From NCBI GenBank assembly GCA_964424455.1, contig CAYRJA010000003.1:4186-68185 (forward strand): DNA of 64,000 nt, given 5' to 3'. The notes beneath the pieces were generated by a model, which was given only the letters and a program-made list of their open reading frames with translations, searched no databases and was not told where the DNA came from. Both the position numbers and the translations under genes were made by a program. Positions 8,517-17,402 of the stretch are shown here, piece after piece; within the stretch, counting starts at the first letter, position 1, and each line of letters starts with the position of its first letter. This stretch comes from an uncultured Bifidobacteriaceae bacterium. Lineage in GTDB: Bacteria > Bacteroidota > Bacteroidia > Chitinophagales > UBA10324.

Positions 8517-10811
8517 GTGAAATTTTATTTTCTTGTTTATTTATTGCTTGCGTATGCATCTGTAACAGCTCAGCAATTGCCTATTGGAGGATGGAAAGAA
8601 TATTTATCCTACGGAAGTGCAGTTGCTGTAACATCTTCCAATAATAAAGTTTATTGCGCCACCACTCTCGGTTTGTATTCGGTAAGTCGCGAGAATGGTT
8701 CTTACGAGCGTTACAGTAAAATTACAGGACTGTCAGACATCGGATACAGCACTATCGCTTTTGACAAAAAGCATCAGCTTCTTTTTATAGCTTATTCAAA
8801 CAGTAACATTGATATAATGACTGCTGACAGTATCATTAATATTCCTGACATCAAATTGAAAAATATTATCGGTGACAGAAATATTTATGACATCTTTTTC
8901 GATGGTGACTATGCGTATCTCTCCTGCGGCTTCGGTATAGTAGTGATTAATCTGCTGAAGAATGAAATAAGCGATACTTATATCATTGGCGCTAATGGCA
9001 ACAGTATCAGAGTAAACCAAATCTGTGCAGATGAAAATAATTTTTATGCTGCAACAACAAGCGGCGTTTTATCTGCCAGCAAGAAAAGCTCTAATCTTGC
9101 TTACTATGCAAACTGGACAAATATTTCAGGCGCTGACGGACTTTCTGCCGGTGAAGCAAAAAGAATTCTTTTCACTGACGGAAAATTTTACTGCTCTGTA
9201 AAAGATACGCTCTTTGAAAAAAACGGCTCTGCATGGAATAAGATTTTTTACCATAAGGATTGGATAATAAACTCTATTAACAAAGGCAGAGATGGAATTA
9301 TTCTTTGTCAGAACAATTCAGGAATTACAGATGCAAAGCTTACGCTTATTTCAAAAACAGGAGAAGTTGATTCTGTCCGTCACAGCTATTTTATCAAAAA
9401 TCCCCTCTCCGTTCATCAGGATGATAATGGTACATTCTGGATTGCTGATTTTTATACCGGACTGATTTTTCTCGATAGCAAAAGCACTTTCTCATTAGTA
9501 CCCAACGGGCCCGGAACTCCAAAGGTGAGTGACATTGCTATTTACAATCACACTGTATATGTAGCACCTGGCGGCGTGAGCGACTGGGGGTATTTATACA
9601 ATCGCGATGGTTTTTTTGTGCGCGAAAATGATAACTGGTTTACCTTTAATCAGTATGCTGATCCTAAGATGGATTCTATCCTTGATATTTTTATTGTAAC
9701 AGCTAATCCCAAAAACGGAAATGCTTGTTTTGGTTCTTATGGCGGCGGATTAGTGGAATACAATCCCTTTGGCATCTTTAACCTGTATAAGCAAAACAGT
9801 AGTTTACAACCGCCACAAGGTGACCCGAACTCTTATCGTGTGTCAGGGATTGCTTTTGATAACGATGCAAATATGTGGGTATCCAACTTTACTGCACCCA
9901 AACCGATTTCTTTAAGAACTGCCGATGGGAAATGGTATGCGTTCCAACCGACAGTTGAAAATGCAGGAGGTATGTTGGCTCAGGTGATTGTTGACAATAA
10001 CAACTACAAGTGGTTTGTACTTGCCCGCGGCAACGGAATATTAGTATATGACAGCGGCAATGATGTTGCTTCTTCTGCCGACGACCGTTACAAAAAATTA
10101 GGAATGGGAATAGGCAAAGGCGGACTGCCCAATCTGTTTGTTAATTGTCTTGCAGCAGATAAAGACGGACAAATCTGGGTAGGCACCGATCAGGGAATCG
10201 CAGTTTACTATTGTCCTTCAGAAATTTTCACCTCTTCGGGTTGTGATGCCCAGCAGATTTTGGTGAAAGAAGATCAGTACTATAATTATTTACTGGTGAA
10301 TGAGGTGATTCATGATATAGAAGTGGATGGAGCCAACCGTAAATGGATTTCAACTGACAACGGAATATTTCTGATGTCGGCAGATGGAATGGAACAAATT
10401 TATCACTTCACCGAAGCGAACAGTCCGTTGTTTTCAAATTACACTACTTCGATTGCACTGGATGATAAATCAGGAGAAGTTTTTATCGGAACAGAAAAAG
10501 GAATACAGGTTTTTCGCTCTGAAGCAATGAATGAAGAAATTTCTACCTGCAAACCTTTTGTGTATCCTAATCCTGTTCGTGAAGATTACAACGGAGTGAT
10601 TGCCATAAAAGGATTAGTCAGCGATTCGGAGGTGAAGATTACGGATATAGCCGGCAACTTAGTCTATCAGACCAAAGCGCTCGGCACACAGGCAATATGG
10701 AACGGGAAAACACTGACTGGCGAAAGAGCAGCTACGGGAGTTTATCTCGTTTTTGCTGAAAGTCCCGACGGAACGCAGTCATGTAAAACCAAATTAGTGT
10801 TGATTAATTAA
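8517..10811 (+). CDS. beta-propeller protein with type-A T9SS CTD; PorZ-like architecture
   Basis: GTG start and a signal peptide ending AYASVTAQQ. About 680 aa of propeller-type repeats of the two-component-regulator propeller family. C-terminal FVYPNPV..KITDIAGNLVY..TGVYLV.. CTD. Size and layout match T9SS PorZ, but homology was not verified. Confidence 0.5.
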   Translation: MKFYFLVYLLLAYASVTAQQLPIGGWKEYLSYGSAVAVTSSNNKVYCATTLGLYSVSRENGSYERYSKITGLSDIGYSTIAFDKKHQLLFIAYSNSNIDIMTADSIINIPDIKLKNIIGDRNIYDIFFDGDYAYLSCGFGIVVINLLKNEISDTYIIGANGNSIRVNQICADENNFYAATTSGVLSASKKSSNLAYYANWTNISGADGLSAGEAKRILFTDGKFYCSVKDTLFEKNGSAWNKIFYHKDWIINSINKGRDGIILCQNNSGITDAKLTLISKTGEVDSVRHSYFIKNPLSVHQDDNGTFWIADFYTGLIFLDSKSTFSLVPNGPGTPKVSDIAIYNHTVYVAPGGVSDWGYLYNRDGFFVRENDNWFTFNQYADPKMDSILDIFIVTANPKNGNACFGSYGGGLVEYNPFGIFNLYKQNSSLQPPQGDPNSYRVSGIAFDNDANMWVSNFTAPKPISLRTADGKWYAFQPTVENAGGMLAQVIVDNNNYKWFVLARGNGILVYDSGNDVASSADDRYKKLGMGIGKGGLPNLFVNCLAADKDGQIWVGTDQGIAVYYCPSEIFTSSGCDAQQILVKEDQYYNYLLVNEVIHDIEVDGANRKWISTDNGIFLMSADGMEQIYHFTEANSPLFSNYTTSIALDDKSGEVFIGTEKGIQVFRSEAMNEEISTCKPFVYPNPVREDYNGVIAIKGLVSDSEVKITDIAGNLVYQTKALGTQAIWNGKTLTGERAATGVYLVFAESPDGTQSCKTKLVLIN

Positions 10812-10814
10812 GGT

Positions 10815-11543
10815 ATGTTACAGCATACGCGCGGCATTGTATTCAGGTCGGTTAAGTACGGCGAAACAAGTCTGATAAGTAAAGTTTATACCGAACAATT
10901 CGGTATTCAGTCTTATATCATAAAGGGCGCCCGTTCAGGTAAATCGAAAACAAAGGCAGCGCTGTTACAGCCGCTGTCGTTGTTGGATATGCAGGTTTAT
11001 CACCGCGAGAATAAAAATATAAATCATCTGAAAGAGATAAACCCTGCTGTCATTTTTACTTCCATTCCGTTTGATGTGCTGAAAAGTTCTGTTGGGATTT
11101 TTATTATTGAAATTCTGTTACAGACCATAAAGGAAGAAGAAAAAAATCCGACACTCTTCAACTTTTTATTTGACACAATAAAAGAGTTGGATAACCAAAA
11201 AGATTCGGTTAAAGATTTTCATTTATTGTTTCTGATTCGCCTTTCAAAATTGCTTGGCTTTTTTCCATCGGGGAGTTTTTCAGACCGCAATAATTATTTC
11301 GATTTACAGGAAGGCATTTTTACTTCATCTCCTCCGCCTCACCCTTTATTCCTTTCCGGTGATTCCGCTCTTGTATTTTCTGAACTGATTCAATCTGCTG
11401 TAACAGGAAAGAAAAATTCAAACCTCAGTGGTGTAAAAAGAAAAGAACTGTTAAACAATTTGCTAACCTATTACAGTCTGCATATTTCAAATTTTAAAAA
11501 CATCCGTACGGTAAGAGTATTGGAAGAGGTGCTGGCGGGGTAA
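10815..11543 (+). CDS. recO: DNA repair protein RecO
   Basis: The 242-aa protein has a typical RecO N-terminal OB-fold start (TRGIVFRSVKYGETSLISKVYTEQFGIQSY) and typical size. Confidence 0.85.
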   Translation: MLQHTRGIVFRSVKYGETSLISKVYTEQFGIQSYIIKGARSGKSKTKAALLQPLSLLDMQVYHRENKNINHLKEINPAVIFTSIPFDVLKSSVGIFIIEILLQTIKEEEKNPTLFNFLFDTIKELDNQKDSVKDFHLLFLIRLSKLLGFFPSGSFSDRNNYFDLQEGIFTSSPPPHPLFLSGDSALVFSELIQSAVTGKKNSNLSGVKRKELLNNLLTYYSLHISNFKNIRTVRVLEEVLAG

Positions 11544-11837
11544 ACCGGTGTGGTGCAAGTATTGGTAAGAGTAGAAATGCAAAAGCAAAAAACTGAAAGG
11601 GTAATTATTGATAACCGCAGTGCATAAATACGTATGAGCAATTGAAACTACACAAAATACGATACGATTTATAATCTATGTTTCTTGCTTAATACAAATC
11701 ATTGCCAATGGATTGATTAGGTATTAAAGTGTTTTTGACAGTTTGAAGAGTTGCGTATATTTACGAGTTACCTGCAACCCGTGACGACCGTGCTAACTTA
11801 AAACTGACGACAAGAAACGAACAACTAAAATCAAAAT

Positions 11838-13595
11838 ATGAATCTTAGAAAATTTGAACCAGACGACTTTTCATCCTTTCAAGGAGAGATTGAGAAATCA
11901 AAAAATCTAGTTGAGAGAACTTTAAACCTGACTTGGTTTTATGTTCAAGCAAGATTCAGAATTCCAGAAAAGGAATTTAAAACTTATTACAGCGTTGACG
12001 GCTCAAATGACGGTGGTATTGATTGCTTCTTTCAAGAGGGCAACACTTTTTATTTGATACAATCTAAGTATCACGAGCGTTCACAACGAGAGAGTTTGAA
12101 TAGTATTACACATGAGTTGCAAAAAATTGAAAAGACATTGATTGGAGAAAACTCCAATCATTACGCTGCTGACTTTGTAAATGCTTTAAGACGGGCATTG
12201 GACAACCCGAACTCATACCTTGAAATTATTTGGCTGTCAACAAATGAAGTGAGTGAGAATATTAGAAAGGATTCACAGAATTTTTTGAACGGCATTTTAG
12301 GGGATCGTAATTGGCAGGTTAACGCAGACATCAACTTCATTGACAGATACGCTTTAGAAAGTGTAATCTATGATATTAAACATGGCTATGTTCCTCATAC
12401 AGGAAAAAAGGAAATTACTTACGAGCCAGGAGAATGTATGACGATTGATAAAGACAGAAGCAACATTGAGTCTATCGTAATAAATGCAAAGGCAATTGAA
12501 GTTATAAGATGGTTTGAGAGTTCAAGAGATATTGAAAAGTACCTTCAAAAAAATGTTCGTGAATCAATCGGAGAAAATGCAATCAATAAAAAAATCAGAG
12601 AGAGTTTTAAGACAGACCCAAACTTGTTTTGGTATAAGCACAATGGAATAATAATTTTTGCTGATTGGTTAGAAGTAAATCCAAATAACAGAAAGGTTAC
12701 TATCAGAAATCCTCAAATTGTAAATGGTGCACAGACAATTTCTCAACTTTACAAAGCGTATGACGAAAACAGAACTGAAAATAATCCAGCTAAAGTTTTA
12801 GTAAGAGTTTATCGTTTGCCATATGAAGATTCCGAAACTTACAAGAGAAGCATTGACATCATTTCTGCACTTAATTCTCAAAACAAAATCAAAGCGTCTG
12901 ACTTGCATTCAACTGACCCAAGACAGGTAATGATTGAGAACCGAATTAATGAATTAGCACAGCGATATAAATACCATAGGAAAAGAACAGAGGGCAGTAA
13001 AATGTCAAGCCCATTCAATATTAAAATGACTGAATTAGCTCTTTGCTTTTATGTTTCAGAGTATAAAAAACCTGACGAAGGTGTTGCAGGAGGAATTGAA
13101 TCTTTTTTTGAGGAAGACAAAAGATATTCAGAAGCATTTCCAGAAACTCAAATTAAAAAACCAATCACAAACAAAGTTGACCACATTGTTTTCAAGTATA
13201 TTGACAGTTGGAGATTATACTACTTCATTGACAGAAAATTTTCTTATGAGATTACACAAAAGCAGGGCGAGTTGTGGGCTTTTATTTATTGGTATGTTCT
13301 TGTTGACAGTTACAACCAATTACAAGATTGGAAAGAGAAAGTATTTGACGGAACTTGGAGAGAGTGGATTGATTTTACTTCAAGCAATTATTTTGAGAAT
13401 GGAATGATTAAATACTTGAAGCCAAGATACAAAGTTTATTTTGACATGCTGCCAAAAGCAGAATCAGACCCGAGAAACTTCTACAAAAGCACAACAGGAA
13501 GAAATAAATTTCTAAAGAATAGTGGTAGCTTCAATCAGTTCAAAAGTGCGATGAACAAGGTGTATCAGCAGTTCAAGAAATACAATGACGAATGA
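11838..13595 (+). CDS. AIPR-family abortive-infection protein with Mrr-like N-terminal nuclease motif
   Basis: 585 aa. The N-terminus DGSNDGGIDCFF..FYLIQSKYH matches the Mrr-cat type D..(Q/E)xK motif. The central IVNGAQTISQL motif is as I recall for the AIPR family (Pfam PF10592). Not searched; the call is from memory of the family. Confidence 0.65.
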   Translation: MNLRKFEPDDFSSFQGEIEKSKNLVERTLNLTWFYVQARFRIPEKEFKTYYSVDGSNDGGIDCFFQEGNTFYLIQSKYHERSQRESLNSITHELQKIEKTLIGENSNHYAADFVNALRRALDNPNSYLEIIWLSTNEVSENIRKDSQNFLNGILGDRNWQVNADINFIDRYALESVIYDIKHGYVPHTGKKEITYEPGECMTIDKDRSNIESIVINAKAIEVIRWFESSRDIEKYLQKNVRESIGENAINKKIRESFKTDPNLFWYKHNGIIIFADWLEVNPNNRKVTIRNPQIVNGAQTISQLYKAYDENRTENNPAKVLVRVYRLPYEDSETYKRSIDIISALNSQNKIKASDLHSTDPRQVMIENRINELAQRYKYHRKRTEGSKMSSPFNIKMTELALCFYVSEYKKPDEGVAGGIESFFEEDKRYSEAFPETQIKKPITNKVDHIVFKYIDSWRLYYFIDRKFSYEITQKQGELWAFIYWYVLVDSYNQLQDWKEKVFDGTWREWIDFTSSNYFENGMIKYLKPRYKVYFDMLPKAESDPRNFYKSTTGRNKFLKNSGSFNQFKSAMNKVYQQFKKYNDE

Positions 13596-13686
13596 CAGTG
13601 ATACAGGTGCAAACTTCTTATAAAGCTTTGTGCAGAAATCTAACTGACCTTCTTCGGACAGACAATCGGGCAGCAGGTAACAGCAC

Positions 13687-13791
13687 CTTGCCAAAAGTGG
13701 CGGTTTCGTGCTTCGTAGGACATTTTTGTGGGTATATAAACTTTAGTGCTTCGTAAGAAAGTGAGTGCTGAAAATCGCCACCTTCGGCAAG
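13687..13791. repeat. imperfect 20-bp inverted repeat (17/20) enclosing a 65-nt loop with an internal direct repeat
   Basis: cttgccaaaagtggcggttt (13687-13706) pairs with aaatcgccaccttcggcaag (13772-13791). The loop contains gtgcttcgta twice (13708-13717 and 13746-13755). The structure lies in the AIPR-downstream spacer. Confidence 0.7.
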
Positions 13792-13843
13792 CTGCCAACC
13801 GTTATGCCTCATGCTAAAAAGACAGACAACCAATAAATAAACT

Positions 13844-14641
13844 ATGGACAAACTGAAAATAAAAATAGTTTCTCTCGGACAACTTCCATTCAAGTTTGAC
13901 AAGAAAAGAATTGAAAAATGGAAATCTAACGTTTTTGAAATTGTTGGTGAAATTGAGACTTTGAAATTACCGTCAAAGACGGGGACAGATTCTCATAATT
14001 ACAGTGACAAAAATCTTGCTGAAAGTTTACCTGAAAAATTTAACGCAGACATTTTAATTTCAATGACAAATGTGCCACTTGAATATAATTGGTATTTGAG
14101 ACGACTTTCAAATAACAGAGTTTGTTTCACCATTTTTTCAAATGGCGGATATTCTAAGACCAAATAACATTCCACTCGAAAATTTTGCTCTTAGACTTAT
14201 TTATTCGATGACTTTAATTTACAGAAGACACGGTGACACTTTGCCGGACTCTGCTACTTCAACAAACTTTACACAAACACAGAAGGTTGTTTATTTGACT
14301 TTAATGGTATAAAAAGTGACGTAATATATTCGACTATAGGTTACCGGTTCGCCGTACGGATCTTTAATGGTATAAAAAGTGACGTAATATATTCGACAGT
14401 AAAGCCGACCTTATGTGACGATTGCGTTTCACGTCTTCAAAAAGAAAAAGTAACGAAAGAGACTGTTGACAAAGTAAAGAAAGAGCTTAAAACCATTGAT
14501 AAGGATTTATATTTCAGGGTGACAGACTTTATGAAAGAGAAACCATTTTTATCATTGACCATTTCTGCTTTGACTGCAATTTTGTTGGGTATTTTAGGCT
14601 CAATAATTTACGACAAATGGATAAAATTATTGCTCGAATGA
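13844..14641 (+). pseudogene. disrupted gene for a C-terminally membrane-anchored CxxC protein (two frameshifts plus a 63-bp in-frame insertion)
   Basis: The listed ORF 13844-14167 stops shortly after a T6 run (~14133-14138). The reading continues in frame 0 (MADILRPNNIPLENFALRLIYS..). It returns to the original frame from ~14237 (..TEGCLFDFNGIKSDVIYST..LCDDCVSRLQ..) and ends in a TM helix (LTISALTAILLGILGSIIY) with the stop at 14639-14641. The frameshifts could also be homopolymer sequencing errors. Confidence 0.55.
14299..14397. repeat. 36-nt perfect direct repeat separated by 27 nt (63-bp period) inside the disrupted gene
   Basis: ctttaatggtataaaaagtgacgtaatatattcgac occurs at 14299-14334 and again at 14362-14397. 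The unique 27 nt between the copies is tataggttaccggttcgccgtacggat. Confidence 0.9.
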
Positions 14642-14996
14642 AAGAAGCACGAAGGCATAACATCGTATTGGCAATCTTATCAGCTCCGAACAACCGTCTG
14701 TGCTTAACCGAAAGTTATCGCTCCGAACTTTTCGGCAAAGCCGTTTGGCTATCGCTTCGCAAAATATAAAGAGAAGCAACACATGCACACAAGCCAACGC
14801 TTCAGTTGCTTCACAGTGCAAGCCACCGCACAGCGACAGTGCAAGGGTTCGTGCAACCTCTGACCGACAGAGCATTGAATGTAAATCGCCTTGAACAAGG
14901 TTTCTGCAAACTTGAAACTGTATCGCTTCGGACGAAAAGCAAGGTAGTTGATAACATAAAGACTTACTTATATTTCAGTAACAAAATTTAATAACT

Positions 14997-15413
14997 ATGT
15001 GGTGGGTTTATGCAATTCTATCAGCTTTTTTTGCTTCACTAACTGCCCTTTTTGCAAAGATTGGCGTAGCAAACATCAATTCTAATTTGGCAACAGGCAT
15101 ACGCACTGTTGTTGTTTTAATAATGCTTTGGTGCATTATACTTGCAAGAGGAGAAGCAAAAGGAATTAACTCTTTATCAAAACTGAATGTGGCTTTTCTC
15201 GTTATGTCAGGTATTGCAACAGGTTTGTCGTGGTTGTTTTATTTTAAGGCGTTACAATCAGGAAATGTATCACAAGTGGCGGCTATTGACAAACTAAGCG
15301 TGGCTTTGACAATCATTTTAGCTATTACTTTTTTAGGCGAAACATTGACGCTGAAAGCCGCTATTGGTGCGTGTTTAATTATTGCAGGGACTCTGGTAAT
15401 GATTATAAAGTAA
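14997..15413 (+). CDS. small EamA-domain (DMT superfamily) membrane protein
   Basis: 138 aa with 4-5 predicted TM helices. Single EamA-type half (..DKLSVALTIILAITFLGETLTLKAAIGACLIIAGTLVM). Confidence 0.7.
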   Translation: MWWVYAILSAFFASLTALFAKIGVANINSNLATGIRTVVVLIMLWCIILARGEAKGINSLSKLNVAFLVMSGIATGLSWLFYFKALQSGNVSQVAAIDKLSVALTIILAITFLGETLTLKAAIGACLIIAGTLVMIIK

Positions 15414-15721
15414 CCGACAAATGATAGTCCCAACAATTCACGACAGACAGTTTACGGTCTCAAAAGAATATCAACGCAAAACCCGAAAGTCAGTTCCGAT
15501 ATGGAGTTCGCTGAATGTACCACAGCCCGGATAAAATACAGAAATTATAATTATTAATAACCACAACATTATAGCTGCTGAAATATTCTTTATGAATTTC
15601 TGTGGCTTTGGGGTATTTGTGGGTTAGCGGCAAACGTATTGCAACCGGTTGAATTTTAACCGGCTGAACTTTTTCCCGACTTTTTAGAATCTTTGACAGA
15701 ACTAAAAGTAGAAAAGACTGA

Positions 15722-16900
15722 ATGAGTGGTGACAAAACAATATCAAACCCGAAATATACTTTACGTCAACTTGTGTTGTATTTTCTCAAGCTCGGTTATT
15801 CAGGTTTTGGCGGACCCGTTGCGTTGGTAGGTTATATGCACAGGGACTTAGTTGAGAAACGGAACTGGATTTCGGAGGAAGAATACAAGGAAGGATTGGC
15901 ACTTGCTCAACTTGCACCTGGACCACTTGCAGCACAACTTGGAATGTATATCGGCTTCGTTCATTACGGAGTTCTTGGTGCTACGCTTTGCGGACTTGCA
16001 TTCGTCATTCCATCTTTCATTATGGTAGTGCTGATTGGCATTGCCTACAAAGTTTATGGAGGACTACCATGGATGCAAGCAGTTTTTTATGGAGTAGGCG
16101 CAGCAGTAATCGGCATTATTGCCATGAGCAGTTACAAACTCACAATAAAATCAGTAAGTAAATTAAACTTTGCTGACATCAAAACGAAATGGATTCTCTG
16201 GCTTTTCTATTTAGTAGCAGCAATAATTACAGTCATCACTCAATCGGAGGAAGTTTTACTTTTTGTCGCAGCAGGGTTACTTTACATGCTTATTAAAGCT
16301 CCACCAATGCTTCTGCAACGAAACACAAATTCAATCTTACTGACAGGATTAGGATTCTGGCAATTTGAATGGAACACTCTTGGACAAATTACTTGGTTCT
16401 TTACTAAAGCTGGTGCTTTCGTTTTTGGTAGCGGACTTGCCATAGTTCCATTTCTTCACGGAGGTGTTGTAACAGAATATCATTGGCTTGATGAAAAACA
16501 ATTTGTTGATGCAGTTGCAGTCGCAATGATAACCCCGGGTCCCGTTGTGATTACAGTTGGTTTCATCGGTTATTTAGTTGCAGGTTTCCCAGGTGCTTGC
16601 ATGGCAGCATTGGCAACTTTTCTTCCGTGTTATTTGCTGACAGTGATTCCGGCGCCTTACTTCAAAAAGATTGCTAAGAACGCAAGTATTAAAGCTTTTG
16701 TTGACGGAATAACGGCAGCAGTTTTCGGTGCATTAGTTGGAGCAGTAATTATTATAGGCATTCGTAGTATCACCGACATTCCGACAGCATTAATTGCTAT
16801 AGCAAGTGTTCTTGCAATCATCTACATCAAAAAAGCCCAAGAACCTTTTATCATTCTTGTTGCAGCAGTCATTGGACTAATACTTAAATCGCTTCTATGA
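15722..16900 (+). CDS. chrA: chromate ion transporter (CHR family, long-chain)
   Basis: 392 aa. LGYSGFGGPVALVGYMHRDLVEKRNWISEEEY..LAQLAPGPLA, with a second half-repeat ..FVFGSGLAIVPFL..VAVAMITPGPVV, typical of duplicated CHR domains. Confidence 0.85.
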   Translation: MSGDKTISNPKYTLRQLVLYFLKLGYSGFGGPVALVGYMHRDLVEKRNWISEEEYKEGLALAQLAPGPLAAQLGMYIGFVHYGVLGATLCGLAFVIPSFIMVVLIGIAYKVYGGLPWMQAVFYGVGAAVIGIIAMSSYKLTIKSVSKLNFADIKTKWILWLFYLVAAIITVITQSEEVLLFVAAGLLYMLIKAPPMLLQRNTNSILLTGLGFWQFEWNTLGQITWFFTKAGAFVFGSGLAIVPFLHGGVVTEYHWLDEKQFVDAVAVAMITPGPVVITVGFIGYLVAGFPGACMAALATFLPCYLLTVIPAPYFKKIAKNASIKAFVDGITAAVFGALVGAVIIIGIRSITDIPTALIAIASVLAIIYIKKAQEPFIILVAAVIGLILKSLL

Positions 16901-17174
16901 AAGAATCTACTAAACATTTGACGGCAGAAATGAATGTGAGGACAACGACAGCCCCTAACATGGAAACTTTATCAAAATAACCTGATGCCGCTTCTAAAAA
17001 CCAACACGAGAAAAAACCTCACATGAAAAATTCTATCCCTGGAGGATTTCTTTTTCGGAATCCTCCGTCAATCATAGAATTAATATGTGTTCATAAGAAA
17101 CATAGTGTAGAAAATGTTACAGCAAGACGAATATGAATAAATGAACTATCACTGAGATATTACGCTCCTATACG

Positions 17175-17402
17175 GAGTCCCCTGAGTGTGACATGGCTTA
17201 GACAAACATCCATCGTTGATTGCTAAGATGCTTCTTTCATTAGTGTGACAGTAAGCACTGTCATCCCGAGTGCAGCGAGGGATCTCATCGTTAAACAATG
17301 AGATGCTTCCTTCGTCAGCATGACAGGATAAATGAGTGGGTTCCTCCTTCGTCGGAATGACAGCGAAAACATATAGAGATTCCTTCTCAGTCAGTGTGAC
17401 AA
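17175..17402. repeat. cluster of about 6 degenerate ~25-nt units (consensus roughly GATKCYTCYTTCGTCRGYATGACAG), one of them inverted
   Basis: Units lie at about 17175-17196, 17227-17251, 17258-17286 (inverted: ctgtcatcccgagtgcagcgagggatctc), 17302-17326, 17338-17363 and 17377-17402. Units 2 and 3 form a hairpin (tgacag/ctgtca). The region is non-coding. Confidence 0.75.

Noticed and set aside
14845-14858. GGGTTCGTGCAACC, which at first glance resembles a tRNA T-arm and therefore a possible tRNA-fragment integration site.
   Set aside because: I cannot build a 5-bp T-stem with a 7-nt loop, and no acceptor or anticodon arms can be drawn around it. It is treated as part of the structured spacer.
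17041-17066. A perfect 8-bp stem (ggaggatt/aatcctcc) downstream of chrA as a possible terminator.
   Set aside because: It lies about 140 nt past the stop codon, has a 10-nt loop, and no T-tract follows on either strand. Recorded only as a hairpin.
17175-17402. A possible CRISPR array.
   Set aside because: The units are degenerate, one is inverted, spacing is irregular (about 10-50 nt), and no cas genes are present. It is a REP/MITE-like cluster, not CRISPR.
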